Below are positions 24,959-37,647 of a DNA stretch of 64,000 nt, piece after piece. Origin of the DNA: Scyliorhinus canicula (taxonomy: Eukaryota); contig NC_052164.1 of NCBI RefSeq assembly GCF_902713615.1, positions 26,958,114 to 27,022,113 of the forward strand, written 5' to 3'. Every line of letters begins with the position of its first letter. The first letter of the stretch is position 1. The position numbers and the translations under genes are program-made. Under the pieces are notes generated by a model. It was not told where the DNA came from. It was given only the letters and a program-made list of their open reading frames with translations, and made no database searches.

Positions 24959-26000
24959 CTGGTTAAAGGGGTACATACATTGTTAATTGTGGTGATTTTA
25001 ATGGGCAGTTAATGGGGAAAAGTGCAGCAACATCATGAAAATCATAGGGTAGTAAGGCGCCTGATGTTTTTTTTCATGGTGCCACTGTTGCAGTAGCTCA
25101 AGGCAACCATAATTCTGTGGTAATTCATAGTCCATAGTGTATCGCCTTGTGTTACTGGCCCATTTGCACAGTAATAATTGCTTACATCATTCAAGAACCA
25201 TTATGTTTTCAGCAGATTCTGGGCATTGTGGTTGGATACAGTCAACCAGCTAAGTGAAGCCAAAACAGATAACCACCAGTACAGGCGCTTATCATCGCAG
25301 GCCAAGAAGTAGAAATCTCTCCTGGGCAGTACGATATGATCAACCACACAAACTATCAATTCACAATGGGAAATCAGGGCAAGGAAAATATATTTTATAG
25401 CCATGCAAATAACTGAGAGAAATAAGAAAGGTCTTAGAACATAAATTACTCAAAATAATAGGGGTTGGGTAGGAAAAAAAATCCAATAGGTAGGTAAATT
25501 ATATAACAATTGCCTCGCTTTCCCACTTGTCACTGTTTATTTTTGCACAGGATCTGGAGGGCGAAGGCTGGAACATTGCTCAGGAAAGTGTTCCGCTGCT
25601 TCCTATTGTGGCAGTTCCATTTTCTGCTCCCCAATCTCAGTATCATTTATTAAATCTATTTGTATTTGGCAGGTTTATTGAAAAGAGATGCAAATACGTG
25701 AATCACATCGGCTCCTGTGGCTCTTCCAATTTGTGCTTTTAGAATGCCGGCAGCAAGGGATGGCCGATAGGCCCCAGGCACCCAGCCCTCTCAAGTAATG
25801 TTCCCTCTAAGTTTTTCTGGTGCACAGTCATGCGGTGATCCAGAACGTAAGGCAACTGGCCACACACACAACCAACGTTCTCTTTGAGTTGTGCACCTGT
25901 ATGGTTGCGCAGCAATCTTAAACAGGCTGTGCAGTGTGACAAGCAGGAGAAGCAGAACAAAGAAAAATTAGAGGGGTAATTACTCTTGGGTTGGCTGAGT

Positions 26001-26187
26001 TAGAACATAGAACATAGAACAGTACAGCACAGAACAGGCCCTTCGGCCCTCGATGTTGTGCCGAGCCATGATCACCCTACTCAAACCCACGTATCCACCC
26101 TATACCCGTAACCCAACAACCCCCCCCCCTTAACCTTACTTTTTAGGACACTACGGGCAATTTAGCATGGCCAATCCACCTAACCCA
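26001..26187 (-). mobile_element. HE1-type SINE, 3' half only
   Basis: Near-identical to the tail half of 26229-26579; (TTCTATG)n tail. Confidence 0.88.
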
Positions 26188-26228
26188 GTTATTCAGTTAG
26201 GCCCTGTGCATGCGCTCGCCCAGCGTTA

Positions 26229-26579
26229 TAGAACATAGAACATAGAACAGTACAGCACAGAACAGGCCCTTCGGCCCTCAATGTTGTGCCGAGCCATGAT
26301 CACCCTACTCAAACCCACGTATCCACCCTATACCCGTAACCCAACAACCCCCCCCTTAACCTTACTTTTATTAGGAAACTACGGGCAATTTAGCATGGCC
26401 AATCCACCTAACCCGCACATCTTTGGACTGTGGGAGGAAACCGGAGCACCCGGAGGAAACCCACGCACACAGGGGGAGGACGTGCAGACTCCACACAGAC
26501 AGTGACCCAACCGGGAATCGAACCCGGGACCCTGGAGCTGTGAAGCATTTATGCTAACCACCATGCTACCCTGCTGCCC
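26229..26579 (-). mobile_element. HE1-type SINE, young full-length copy
   Basis: Full head, body and CR1-like tail. Confidence 0.92.
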
Positions 26580-26619
26580 ACCTTATCTTTCGCAGGTGAA
26601 GGTAGGGACCATAACATTT

Positions 26620-27660
26620 CAAGACCATGGGTGAATTCTCCTATGTCCCTGCTGATGGGTTCAATGGCAGATAGGGGGGGGGGGGGGGGGGGGGGTGGGG
26701 GGGGGGGGGGGGGGAGGAGGGGGGGGGGGAGGAGGGGGGGGGGTGGGGGGGGGGGGGGATTGGGCCATAAATTGGCTTCACGCCAGCGCGAATTTCCCAG
26801 CGGATTTTCTGCTGGTGCCCACCTTGGGAAACCTACTGGAGGTTGGAATGGAACTAATTTGGCTAAGTCGAAGGCCCAACCAGGATCTCCCATCCACGCC
26901 CGCTTCTTCACAATGCCAATGGGAAAACATGCTGCCCCAGAATATGTCTGGATCAGTGTGGCGTGTGGATGTAGGAACTCACCTGAATGCCTGGGGCTGC
27001 CTCTGAAGGTTGGGATGGAGATGTTGAATCCATGGTACATCACATCAGTGGGTGGGGGGAGTACCTACAGGTGGATTTCCCAGATTCAGTGCCATCAAGG
27101 AGGTCCATCTTCCAGATTCTGAGTGTTCTTGGAGGTCCACCTTTTTCAGGAGGCCCATCTTCTTTCTATGACAGCGGATCAGTGATACTGAGCACCTTTT
27201 AAATAAGACATCCAGAGATGAAAGTGGGACGCATGCCAACATGCCCACCCCACCACGGAATAAGGCACTAAACCGCTGGCTGCATAATTAACAACGCGGG
27301 GTTTGGAAGATAAGGTGTGGTTTCCTGCTGACCACCACAGCGGGAACACTCCCTTTTCCTGCCCTCGCCATGGGACTTCCCAGACAGGCGAATTCTGCCC
27401 CGTGATTTCCAGAACTTGCCACAGGCGTAGGTGGAAGCCTTCTTTCCTCCCCTCTCCCAGGGAGCAGAGGATCAGACACAGCGGGTGAGATTTTCCGACA
27501 CGCAGCACGCGCGCTCCCGCTGGCAGCGGGATTCTCCTTCCCGCCGGCCAGCCAAATTGTTTTCCCATTGTGGGCAGCCCCACATTGTCGGGATGTCCCG
27601 GAGATGGGTACGCTGCCGGCGCAACGCAGAATCCCACCAGTGGAGCATCCACCCCGTGTG
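26620..27660. mobile_element. Cluster of nested Harbinger-like MITEs with poly-G expansion
   Basis: Termini GGGTGAATTCTCC, GAATTCTGCCC, GGATTCTCC/AGAATCCC. Confidence 0.55.
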
Positions 27661-28380
27661 CCTGTGACGGTTATACCTCACACCCATCAGTAAAATGAAA
27701 TGAAATGAAATGAAAATGTCAAATGTTTTTATTTCTAGGCAACATTCAGAAGATAATTAAGGAGGCCTCCGTAGTAAATCTATCCTAGAATACGCTAAAG
27801 TAATCTTTTTAGCGCTGCACCCAATTGGATCATAAATTATTGCAGGGCTTTCACCTCTAATATTCTATCTGGAAGTCTATTCTGAATGATCACTGTATAT
27901 GCAGAAGAGCTTCGTGACATTAATCCTAAACACGTCCTTTCAATTCGGGATTAAGTTATTTCTTAATATTTCAAACATTCTCTTGATGTTTCATTATTTT
28001 TCTTATTTTTATTTTCTAATATATTTTATTTTATTATTTTGTATATATTTTATGATATATCATTTCTTGATATTTAAAATATTTAAAATAAGCCCAACAA
28101 TGGTATTTTAGGCTGAATTTCCTCTTTGATCGGTTCTTGTTCTTGCATTACAGTGAAGGAGCACCCGGAATATTCCACAATACAAAAGTTGCCATCATGA
28201 CACATGGGATTTCTTTCGGTGTTAGTGGAATAGTAATCAGGGGAGTGTGTGTGTGCTGGCTGGATGGTACTGCGTGAAGGAAAGGTTTGCATTATTCAGT
28301 TTTATTTTGGTTCAGTGAAAAGGACAGAAGGGGTTTATTTATCCAGATATTTATGGAGAGGAAACCCAGTGACAGAGAGT

Positions 28381-28394
28381 GTTGCTATGGTTAC
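28381..28394. promoter_or_regulatory. RFX X-box-like motif
   Basis: GTTGCTATGGTTAC (reverse complement GTAACCATAGCAAC), in non-repeat DNA. Confidence 0.35.
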
Positions 28395-28489
28395 AGCTGG
28401 CGCTTTCTGGTGCTGAGAGGGTGTGCACAACTGTCTCTGACTTGCGTTTTCAGCTAAAAGTGAAATACACATTTTTGGTGGGGAAAAAA

Positions 28490-28644
28490 CCGATTCAAAT
28501 GTGAATTGGTTTACCTTGGCCGCCCGTTCATGCCGGCAGGATTCTCCGGTGCCGTTGCAGTGCATAGAATTTTGGCCGAGCGCCAAATTCTCCGCTCTCA
28601 CTGGCAGCGGTGACAGGGCGAACACGGATTGGAGAATCCCACCC
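28490..28644. mobile_element. MITE fragment
   Basis: Ends GGAGAATCCCACCC; related to 27480-27560. Confidence 0.6.
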
Positions 28645-29011
28645 TGTGTTAAAGAGACTTACATCAAATGCACAGCACAGAAACAGACCGTTCATCTCAA
28701 CCATTTCATTCCAGCATTCCTACTACTGTCCAGCCTCTCCCAATTCTTCCCCAGCTAACTTTATCATCAAAACACTCCATCCCCCCCCCCCCAATGTTTC
28801 TCTAGCTTCCCCTTAAACACGTTTCATATTATTCATCTCAATTATACACTGCACTCGCACATTTCACAGTCATAGCTTTATCAGGCGGGTTTGGAAGGTA
28901 TATGCGTAAACACACATAGCATAACGATAAAAGTTAATGAGCAGCAGTAATAAGTTGGCAGTTATAAGATAGCAGTAATATTGGATACCTGGATCAAATT
29001 AGGGCAGAAAT

Positions 29012-29371
29012 TGTGGTGATATACCTACGGGCTGTTACATTGTTGGAAGGTGTGTGACCTCCAACTAGCAGGTGGCGGTACAGACACACCATGTGGTCTC
29101 TAGACCAAGGTCACGTGACCTGTGACTCCCATATAAGAGGAGACACATCTGGCCATCTTCAGAAGAAGATTGAGAGGGTAATAAGACATACATGTGAATG
29201 GTCAGTGCAAGATGCAAGTTCCAGAGGAGTAGTGACCAGACTCCATGATAACGTGCTTTGTATCAGATTGCTATCGTACCTTTGCAAGAGACTCAATGAA
29301 AGATTCTGGTTTGGACAAGTCGCAATGTTTGGTGGATTTACTTTGTGAAGTACAAAAGACCAAACACAACA
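29012..29371 (+). mobile_element. Solo LTR
   Basis: TGTGGTGATA...ACAACA, exact 5-bp TSD GAAAT, TATAA box, CTCF-like motif at 29065-29078. Confidence 0.85.
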
Positions 29372-29954
29372 GAAATGGGAACTTAAAACACTTTTGGCTT
29401 TAATGAGGAGGGAGGGATATCGAATTCAGAAAAGAGAGGGGTCTGGGTGGTAGTATTGGTCAAAGATAGGATTACAGTTCTGGAATAGAATGATCTGCTG
29501 GAAGGTTCAAAGACTAAATTAATTTGGTTAAAATAAAGAAGCAGAAGGAAGCCTGTTAAAGACCACCAAATAGTGGGAAGGAAATGGAGGATCAAATCTG
29601 AAGGGAAATTTCAGAGAGCTGTGAAAACAATAGAGTTGAGATAGTAGTAAATGGTTGGATTTTACAGGGTAGTGGTGGTGGGGGGTGGAGGGGGAGGTGG
29701 TGGGGAGTGGGGGGGGTGGCGATAGCGGGATGTAGTCGCACGGGATGTAGTCGCACCCTTGGGAGCTGCTGGCGAGTTTAATCCCTGCTCGGGGAGTGTG
29801 TCTCCTTCCTGACCGACAGGGAGTTAAGCTTATAAATAGGGCTGGCTTCCAGGCGGGGATCCTGCTTAGAGAAAAAAAGATATTGGTGTCGGAATTTTCC
29901 AACCCTTCTGCTGGCGGGATTTTCCGGTCCCGCTGATGCCGCAGATTTCCAGGC

Positions 29955-29985
<31 letters not shown>

Positions 29986-30214
29986 TGCATTCAACAGGAA
30001 AACCCATGGACAGCAGCGGGATTGAAAGATCTCATCGGCGGCCAATGACAAAACGGAAAATTTAGCCCCTTATGTTAAAACTCCTAAATGTATAGGGAAA
30101 CCCAAACTTCTTTGTTTTCCGATCAGAACCCTTCCCCTCCTTGGAAATCCTGCCCCAGTATAAAAGACGGCTTTCGGATTTAGGCATAAATCTATTGACA
30201 ATACTTTTCGGTGA

Positions 30215-30537
30215 ATCATAGATTTGCTCCAGTGCAGAAGGAGGCTATTCAGCCCATTGAGCAGCATACTTAGCCCCCCTTCCTCACCCTACCCCCATAA
30301 CCCCACCTTGCCTACACATCCTTGAACACTGGGGAACAATTTATCATGGTCAATCCACCTCATCTGCACATCTTTGGACTGTGGGAGGAAGCCGGAGTAC
30401 CCGGAGGAAACCCACGGAAGACATGGGGGGGGGGGGGGGGGGGTGCAAACTCCACACAAACAGTGACCCAAGGACAGAATTGAACCCGGGTCCCTGACAC
30501 TGTGATGCAGCAGAGCTAACCAATTTGTCACCGTGCT
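30215..30537 (-). mobile_element. HE1-type SINE (diverged, internal poly-G)
   Basis: HE1 body motifs. Confidence 0.8.
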
Positions 30538-31042
30538 AAATCATCATTATCTCACAGCCATGGAATAACAATGGTTTTTTTTACATTGTAGAATAGACCA
30601 GCTGTGATATAAGTCTGGTTTCTCATTTTTTAAAAGACAGCTTTGCTTTCCTTTTCATATAGTTTAGTTCTATTTTATTCACTGTTGCCATCAAGCTCTG
30701 TGGCTGGCTGCTAAGTAATGGGAGGAACGTCCTGAACTCTCAGCATGAAATAAAACCAGATGGATTTCACTGCAGAGATATGTATGCTAATGCACATTGC
30801 AGCAGGAAACAGAAAATATGCGGATACTGTCGATTGGGTGGCCATTAGCAAAGGTGAAAAACCAGAAAGTCTGAGGATCTAATTATTGATTGATCCTGGA
30901 AAGGAAATCCTTGCCATAGAGGAAGTGCAGTGAAGGTTCATCAGGATGATTCCTGAAATGCAGGATTGTCATCTGAGGAGCAATAGAGCCGGCTGCGCCT
31001 GTACTCACTTAGTTTAGAATAACGAGAGGATATCTCATTGAG

Positions 31043-31383
31043 GTGGCATGGTAGCACAGTGGTTAGCACTGTTGCTTCACAGCTCCAGGGTCCCAAGTTC
31101 ATTCCCGTTCTCCCCGTGTCAGCGTGGGTTTTGTCCGGGTGCTCCGGTTTCCTCCCACAGTCCAAAGATATGCAGGTTAGGTGGATTGGCCATGATTAAA
31201 TTGCCCTTAGTGTTCAAAAAAGGTGAGGTGGGGTTACATGGATAGGCTGGAGGTGTAGGGATAGGGTGGAGGGATGGGCATAGGGTGCAGGTATGGGCTT
31301 AGGTAGGGTGCTCTTTCCGAGGGCCAGTGTAGACTTGATGGGCCGAAGGTCTCCTTCTGCACTGTTGATTCAATGATTCTACG
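31043..31383 (+). mobile_element. HE1-type SINE
   Basis: Head, body with internal deletion, CR1-like tail. Confidence 0.85.
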
Positions 31384-31435
31384 AAGCATATAGAATTCTG
31401 ACAGGGCTGGACAGACTGGATGAAGGGATGTTATT

Positions 31436-31723
31436 TCCTTTAACGATCTTTATTGTCACAAGTAGGCTTATATTGCAACAAAGCTACTGTGAAAAGCCCC
31501 GAGTCACCACATTCCGGCACCTGTTCGAGTACACAGCGGGAGCATTAAGAATGTCCAAATTACCTAATCGCACATCTTTCGGGACAGTGGGAGGAATCCG
31601 GAGGAAACCCACGCAGGCACGGGACGAACGTGCAGACTCTGCACAGACAGTGACCCAGCCGGGAATTGAACCTGGGACCCTGGTGCTGTAAGGCCACAGT
31701 GCTAACCACTGTGCTGCCGTGCT
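31436..31723 (-). mobile_element. Chimeric SINE: HE1 head and body with family-B (Rex1-like) tail
   Basis: HE1 head through ..TTCCTCCCAC, then GAACAGGTGCCGGAATGTGG..GGGGCTTTTCACAGT..CCTACTTGTGACAATAAAG. Confidence 0.8.
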
Positions 31724-32280
31724 GTCTAGGGGGGGTCTAGAACAAGGGGTCACAGTCTCAGAATACTGGCTGGGCCATTTAGGACTGAGATGAGGAACAA
31801 TTTCTTAACTCAGAGGGTGGGGAACCTATGGAATTCTCCACCACAGAGGCTAAAATCACTGACTATATTGAAGAAGAAAATAGGGTGAAAAGCAGGAGAG
31901 ACTAAATGGCAAAAGCGTTGTGGCACATGTGCCAACCACTGTGCTACCGTGCCGCTTCACGTGTTTCTTGGCGGCGCGCCGCTCGCTGGTGACAAGGTTC
32001 CATCTTCTCGCTACTTGTCAATGGAATTTCCCATTGCAGCCACCCCACACCGTCAGGAAACCCGTGGACCGGGATACGCTACCAGCGGGAACAGAGAATG
32101 CCAAAGCAGGAGAATCCCAGTCGAGGATTCATTTATCTGCATGGATGAAGAATCAGGCTTTGTTTAAATATTTTGAAAGATCTGAGTATTTAAGCAAATC
32201 AGCAAACCAAATGGATAGGGTAATGCAGAATAGATTGGAAAAAGTGCAGGTGGAGCTGAATGATCCTTTTACATCCCATG

Positions 32281-32600
32281 GGCAGCACGGTAGCACAAGT
32301 GGCTAGCACTGTGGCTTCACAGTGTCAGGGTCCCAGGTTCGATTCCCCGTTGGGTCACTGTCTGTGCAGAGTCTGCACGTTCTCCCCGTGACTGCGTGGG
32401 TTTCTACCGTGTGTTCCGGTTTCCTCCCACCGTCCAAAGACATGCAGGTTACGTGGATTGGCCATGATAAATTGCCCTTAGTGACCAAAAAAGGTAAGGA
32501 GGGGTTATTGGGTTACGAGGATAGAGTGGAAGTGAGGGCTTAAGTGGGTCGGTGCAGACTCGATGGGCCGAATGGCCTCCTTCTGCACTGTATGTTCTAT
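32281..32600 (+). mobile_element. HE1-type SINE
   Basis: Full length with CR1-like tail. Confidence 0.9.
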
Positions 32601-32704
32601 GTACTATATGTACTATGTTTCCTCATGTTTTGCACTTTTTCATTATTTCCCAATGGAATCAATGGAAGAACACCTTCTTTCCAGGTGTCTGCTCTTCTGC
32701 AATG

Positions 32705-32836
32705 AAAGCAAAATACTGTGGATGCTGGAGATCTGAAATAAAAACAGAAAATTTCAGAACATCTGTGAAGGGAGAAAAGGAGAGTTAACATCCGTACGAC
32801 TCTTCTTCAGCTTTCCCAGCAGTTTCTGTTTTTATG
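32705..32836. mobile_element. Penelope-derived short remnant with decayed hammerhead box
   Basis: AAAACAGAAA../..TTTCTGTTTT inverted arrangement; minus strand CTGAAGA-AGAGTC.. without the GAAA box. Confidence 0.45.
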
Positions 32837-33599
32837 TCTGCTCTCCTTGCTTGATAATGAGCAATTATAAGATGCAGAGGTCTGCAATGGTATGACTCAT
32901 CTCCCAAATTTACTAGCTCGATTTGAAACTAGCTAAAGTCATGCTTCTCTGTTATTTATGATCAGGAATGGGTAATTGCCATCTGAGGAAATTTTGAGCT
33001 TGACCCTTTGCCATCCTGTGTCTCACACTAGCTGTGCCAATAGATCACTAGACAGGAGGTGATGTTGATCTGGATCCCAATAACGTTACACAGAAACTGA
33101 AACAGTGCCCTTCTTGTTGGATACGCTACCAGTGTTATTATTCATTTAGCAAATGCAAATCCCTGCAGCCAAGCAATGGCCTCCTCATTTGCTGAGTTTA
33201 AACTGATTAGTCTGCCACTTACTCTGTAGAGGGGACACTCCTTGGTAATGTGCACCATTGTTTTTGCCTTTCTGCAAGTGCATCAGGGGTTTGTACTGAG
33301 GGCCCAGTGATGGTGGTTAGTTGCACAGGTGCCTTGACCCTGTCCTGAACCTGTTGACTGAGGATTTCCCTGGTTGCTTTGGTTCAAAGCCTGCGATTTG
33401 ACAGATGTGCTGCGAGTTTGTAGCTGTGTTTGCCGTGAGCACAAATGGTGACGTGGACACAAAATATCGCGAGTGTTGGAAAAAGAGATTCTCCTTTTGC
33501 AATTCTCCCTGCACCCCCCGCCGGTGAAGTAACGAGGTTCCCGCAAGGTAAAGTCAGAAACCTTTAACCAAACTATAATGGAATTAAAGGGTTTCCTCA

Positions 33600-35260
33600 C
33601 TATATCTTTACTGCCTTCGCCGAAGTGACGTCACATTTACAAGTTGTGAAGTAACTGTGCTAACCACATCCAGTTCGTGGATGTGTGGAGGACTGCGGAG
33701 TGGGGGGGCTGGCGGCGGAATGGGTGGATGGAGGTGGATTCACGGCAGCCGGTAGCATTGGCGCCTTTCGATGCTCCAGCCCCCTCCAGTGGCTGCATCG
33801 AGGTTTGTACCCCCCACGCAAGCAGACAGATGCAAATGGGTCCAAATGATCGATTTGCATCCTATTAACAGGCTGGACACTGGATTCTGCATGGCGCCAT
33901 GATGCTTAGGCCCTCTGGGCCAGGATTCACCCAGCCGTGGATTGGTGCAGGTATTTACCAGCATGGCCCTGATGAACCCACGGGGCAAGTATTTATGGTT
34001 CGTGCCCGCAAAGTCTATCAGAGGACCTCTCCTTCCCCACCACACCACCCAGTCCCCCTCATCAGACCCCTCAACCAGGCCCCACATCAGAGACCCCACC
34101 AGTCCCCCTCATCAGACACCCCATCAGACACCCCTTCAGAACTTCAGAGATCCACCCATATCAGATAACCCCCCCCCCCCCCCCCTCCTCAATCAGTCAC
34201 CTCTGACTGGAAGCTAAAGAGCAGTCTAAGCAGAATCGGTGAAAAGATCATTGCATTTCCACGCATCCGCCCCTTACACCTGCTGCCTCAGACAGATGTC
34301 TAGAAAGCAGCAGCTGTTACTTCATAGAATGCCAAAACCACAGCACAAGGATTTAAACCCCCTCAGAATCTTTGCTCTACAAGGCTTTAAAGACAAATAG
34401 GTTTTAGTAGGCTGCAATTGACAGCTTCCAGATAGCCAGATGTCTGGATTGTTTAATTTTATTTTCCCTCATGCTTGAATGCATCTTAAGTAGTCTGCTT
34501 TGAACCTAGCCACAAAGTTTATAAACATCGAAGAGTTAAGTGCTTTCACTCCCTCTTTTTCACAGCAGATAGTACTTAACTGCTTTTGATATGGTCAGGT
34601 GTTGTCAATCATAGCTAGATGTTTATAAATGTTTATCACCTTGTGATGTAGTTTTGGCTCTCTATGAAGTAACAGCCGTTCCTTTCTAGTCATCTGTCTG
34701 AGGTGTAAGGGACAAGTGAGCGAAAAATCAGTGATTTTTCCATTGTTTCTGCCTGGACAGCTCTTTAGTTTCCAGACCAGGGTGACATGGTTGGGCGGGG
34801 GGGGGGGGGGGGGGGTCTCTGATATGGGTGGAGTCTGTGTTATGGGGGGGCCTCTGATATGTGGGGTTCTGTTAGGGGTAAGTCTTTGATATGGGGAGCT
34901 ATTGGTGGCTTCTTTGATATTGGGGGCCTCTCGTGGAGTTTACTGGCAGAGATCTCTGGTGGGGGTCTCTGGTGCGGGGTTCTTGTGTGAGGTTCTGATA
35001 GGGGGATCTAGTGGGAAGGGTTGGCTCACCCATGCGTACGATAGAGGGGGTTTCCCAGCAATTCCCATAGTTTGGGGGGGTTGGAGGGAGAGGATGTCGC
35101 TACTTGTCAGTGCCAAGGCGCGGATGTGGCAGGATTTACATTTCGGGGGGGAGGGGGGCCAGTCATTGGATATTTCTATGGGGCTGCCCACTCAAAATGG
35201 CGGCCCAATCGCAAGATTCAGAGTAGAATCCCTTGCAATCCCAGCCATGCGAAAGTGAAT
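33600..35260. mobile_element. Long foldback-like non-autonomous DNA transposon (Harbinger-like)
   Basis: C-rich TCAGACCCC repeats mirrored by GGGGTCTCTGA repeats; inverted arms at ~34205-34255 and ~34728-34775; related half copy at 47360-48260. Confidence 0.6.
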
Positions 35261-35280
35261 CCCTTGTGGGTACCACTCTT

Positions 35281-35504
35281 CTTTTTTTAATTTAGAGTAC
35301 CCAATTCATTTTTTTCCAATTAAGGGGCAATTTAGCTTCGCCAATCCACCTACCCTGCACATCTTTGGGTTGTGGGGGCGAAACCCAAGCAAACACGGGG
35401 AGAATATGCAAACTCCACACGGACAGTGACCCAGAGCCGGGATCGAACCTGGGATCTCGGCGCTGTGAGGCTGGAGTGCTAACCCACTGCGCCACGATGC
35501 TGCC
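35281..35504 (-). mobile_element. Short HE1-related SINE with A/T tail (copy 3)
   Basis: TSD GTGG(G/A)TACCACTC(T/C)T at 35266-35280 and 35505-35519. Confidence 0.9.
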
Positions 35505-36360
35505 GTGGATACCACTCCTCACACCAGTGCAAAACAGAATCGATTCTGCTCCAGCAGGAGAATCCAGCTCCTGATGTTTGCGTGGAAAGGAATCCAGAGG
35601 ATGGGGTTTGAGTAGAGGGTCCCAGTTATGATGGACATTGACATTTGTGTGATGACCTTTGGCAGACTGGTGCACAGTATCCTGCTGTAGGGTAAGTGCT
35701 GAGTGGTGTGGCAGCAGTGACCCACCTAAATCCAGCAAGTCCGGTTCATAAATCATTTGTACAAAAGAAAACCATTTCCAGCATTCGAACATTGAGAAGT
35801 TACTAGAAAGGCACTATTGCTGTTGCAAGTACACTGGAAATTCCAGACACAAATTCCAAATCTCGTGCAACTGCTAATTAATCAATCGATCATTACTGCA
35901 CTGTGACTGCTTCCAAATCAGCCACTGGGGTTTAAAGATCCAGAGGTTCTTGGCCCAGCTTTTGTATTTTTGCCAGATCATTGAAGAAGCCCAGTCCTGC
36001 AGGGTAATGAGTTGCTCATTCTTTGGGCATGATTTACAGGCTGTGTCCCCTCCGGAGTCGGGGTGGGACACGGCTGGTAAATCCCGGGAGAGGATCCCCT
36101 TATCAGTGAGTTGGAGGGGCTGGGGTTCCAGTGGTCGCACGGGGTGGGTGGGGCGGAGGGGGGGGGGGGGGCAAGAGATCAGGGTGGTATTTAAATATGG
36201 CATCCCAACCTCTTCCTGCAATGACGAGCTCCCCTCGTTGGAGCTCCTCCGTGCATGAAATTACTCTAATTGTGGACTCGGGAAGTCGTTCCCCGATGTG
36301 GCACAAAATAGCAACAGAGTGACAATAGATAGCGGGGTCATTCCTGGCACTTGTAGAGCC

Positions 36361-36652
36361 GGGGCAGGCACGGTGGTACAATGATTAGCACTGTTTCCTC
36401 ATAGCTCCAGGGACCCGGGTTCAATACCAGCCCGTCTACTGGAGTTTGTAGTCTGCGTGTGTTTCCTCCAAGTGCTCTGGTTTCCTCCCAGAGGAAAACA
36501 ATGTACAGGTTAGATGGATTGGTCATGATAAATGGCACCTTAGCGTTCAAGGATGTGCAGGTTAGGTTACAGGGTTATGGGTATATGGCGGAGTGGGTCG
36601 GTACAGACTCGATGGGCTGAATAGCTTCCTTCTGCACTGTAGGGATTCTATG
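36361..36652 (+). mobile_element. HE1-type SINE (diverged)
   Basis: Head and CR1-like tail. Confidence 0.8.
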
Positions 36653-36783
36653 ACCCTGCTAATCCCACCCAGAACAGACTATGATTTTTTTTGTTTAGAT
36701 AGTACCCTTTATATCTTAATTCAGTCTCAATTATTCTATTGTTTACCAGTGTTTCAGGGGCTGTAATGATGTTTGCTGTGTGG

Positions 36784-37260
36784 TGTGGTGATATGCATCA
36801 CTCTAAATACACAAGGGGTTAATGTAAATTCACATAGACTAGATAGACACCAGAGGGAGCACCAGAGACATGACACACACACATTCAACCAATAGGCCAG
36901 TAAGATAGGACACGACCAATGGGCATTCACGATACACACAGAGGTGACACTACCACATGGAGGCATTACACCAACCCATATATAAAGGACACAGCACACA
37001 TGATCTTTCTCTTTCCAGTGGAGACTCTCAGTGAGTACACAGGGTTGATTTGAAACACATCATACCCACCACGTGGATTGTAGCAGACTGGTTCGTCAGT
37101 CTGAGTAGCTATAGCAGGATTAACAGGAGAGTCGAATCCGAGTAGGAGAATTGTTAACAGTTTAATAAACATGTTAAAGCTATCTCCAAGTCTGAACCTT
37201 CCTTTGTCAGAGTGCACATCAAGGAAGCAGCTTATGCTACGTCAAGAGCACAACAAAACA
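36784..37260 (+). mobile_element. Solo LTR
   Basis: TGTGGTGATA...AAAACA, near-TSD TGTGG/TGTGA, two CCAAT boxes, TATATAAA, AATAAA. Confidence 0.8.
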
Positions 37261-37308
37261 TGTGAGAGTTTCTTATCAATGCTGAATTATGATTTTAATA
37301 AAAGGAAC

Positions 37309-37647
37309 GCACGGTAGCATGGTGGTTAGCATAAATGCTTCACAGCTCCAGGGTCCCAGGTTCGATTCCCGGCTGGGTCACTGTCTGTGCTGAGTCTGCA
37401 CGTCCGCCCCGTGTGTGCGTGGGTTTCCTCCGGGTGCTCCGGTTTCCTCCCACAGTCCAAAGATGTGCGGGTTAGGTGGATTGGCCATGCTAAATTGCCC
37501 GTAGTGTCCTAAAAAGTAAGGTTAAGGGGGGTGTTGTTGGGTTACGGGTAAAGTGTGGATATGTGGGTTTGAGTAGGGTGATCATTGCTCGGCACAACAT
37601 TGAGGGCCGAAGGGCCTGTTCTGTGCTGTACTGTTCTATGTTCTATG
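37309..37647 (+). mobile_element. HE1-type SINE, young
   Basis: Same subfamily as 26229-26579. Confidence 0.92.

Larger units (their letters stand above)
30950..31880 (+). mobile_element. CR1 3' fragment split by two SINEs
   Basis: CR1-like pieces at 30950-31040, 31385-31430 and 31725-31880 (AGAACAAGGGGTCACAGTCTCAG..AATTTCTTAACTCAGAGGGTGG). Confidence 0.7.

Noticed and set aside
25201-25742. Candidate acceptors (TTTTCAG ~25212, TTTGCACAG ~25550) and short ORFs
   Set aside because: No convincing donor, frame continuity or homology that I can recognise.
26549-27122. Poly-Pro and poly-Gly ORFs (also ~18719, 29528, 50193, 62196)
   Set aside because: Translation of C/G homopolymer runs inside repeats.
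33140-33265. Octamer ATGCAAAT with a nearby Sox-like CATTGT
   Set aside because: Short motifs are expected by chance, and no conservation data are available.
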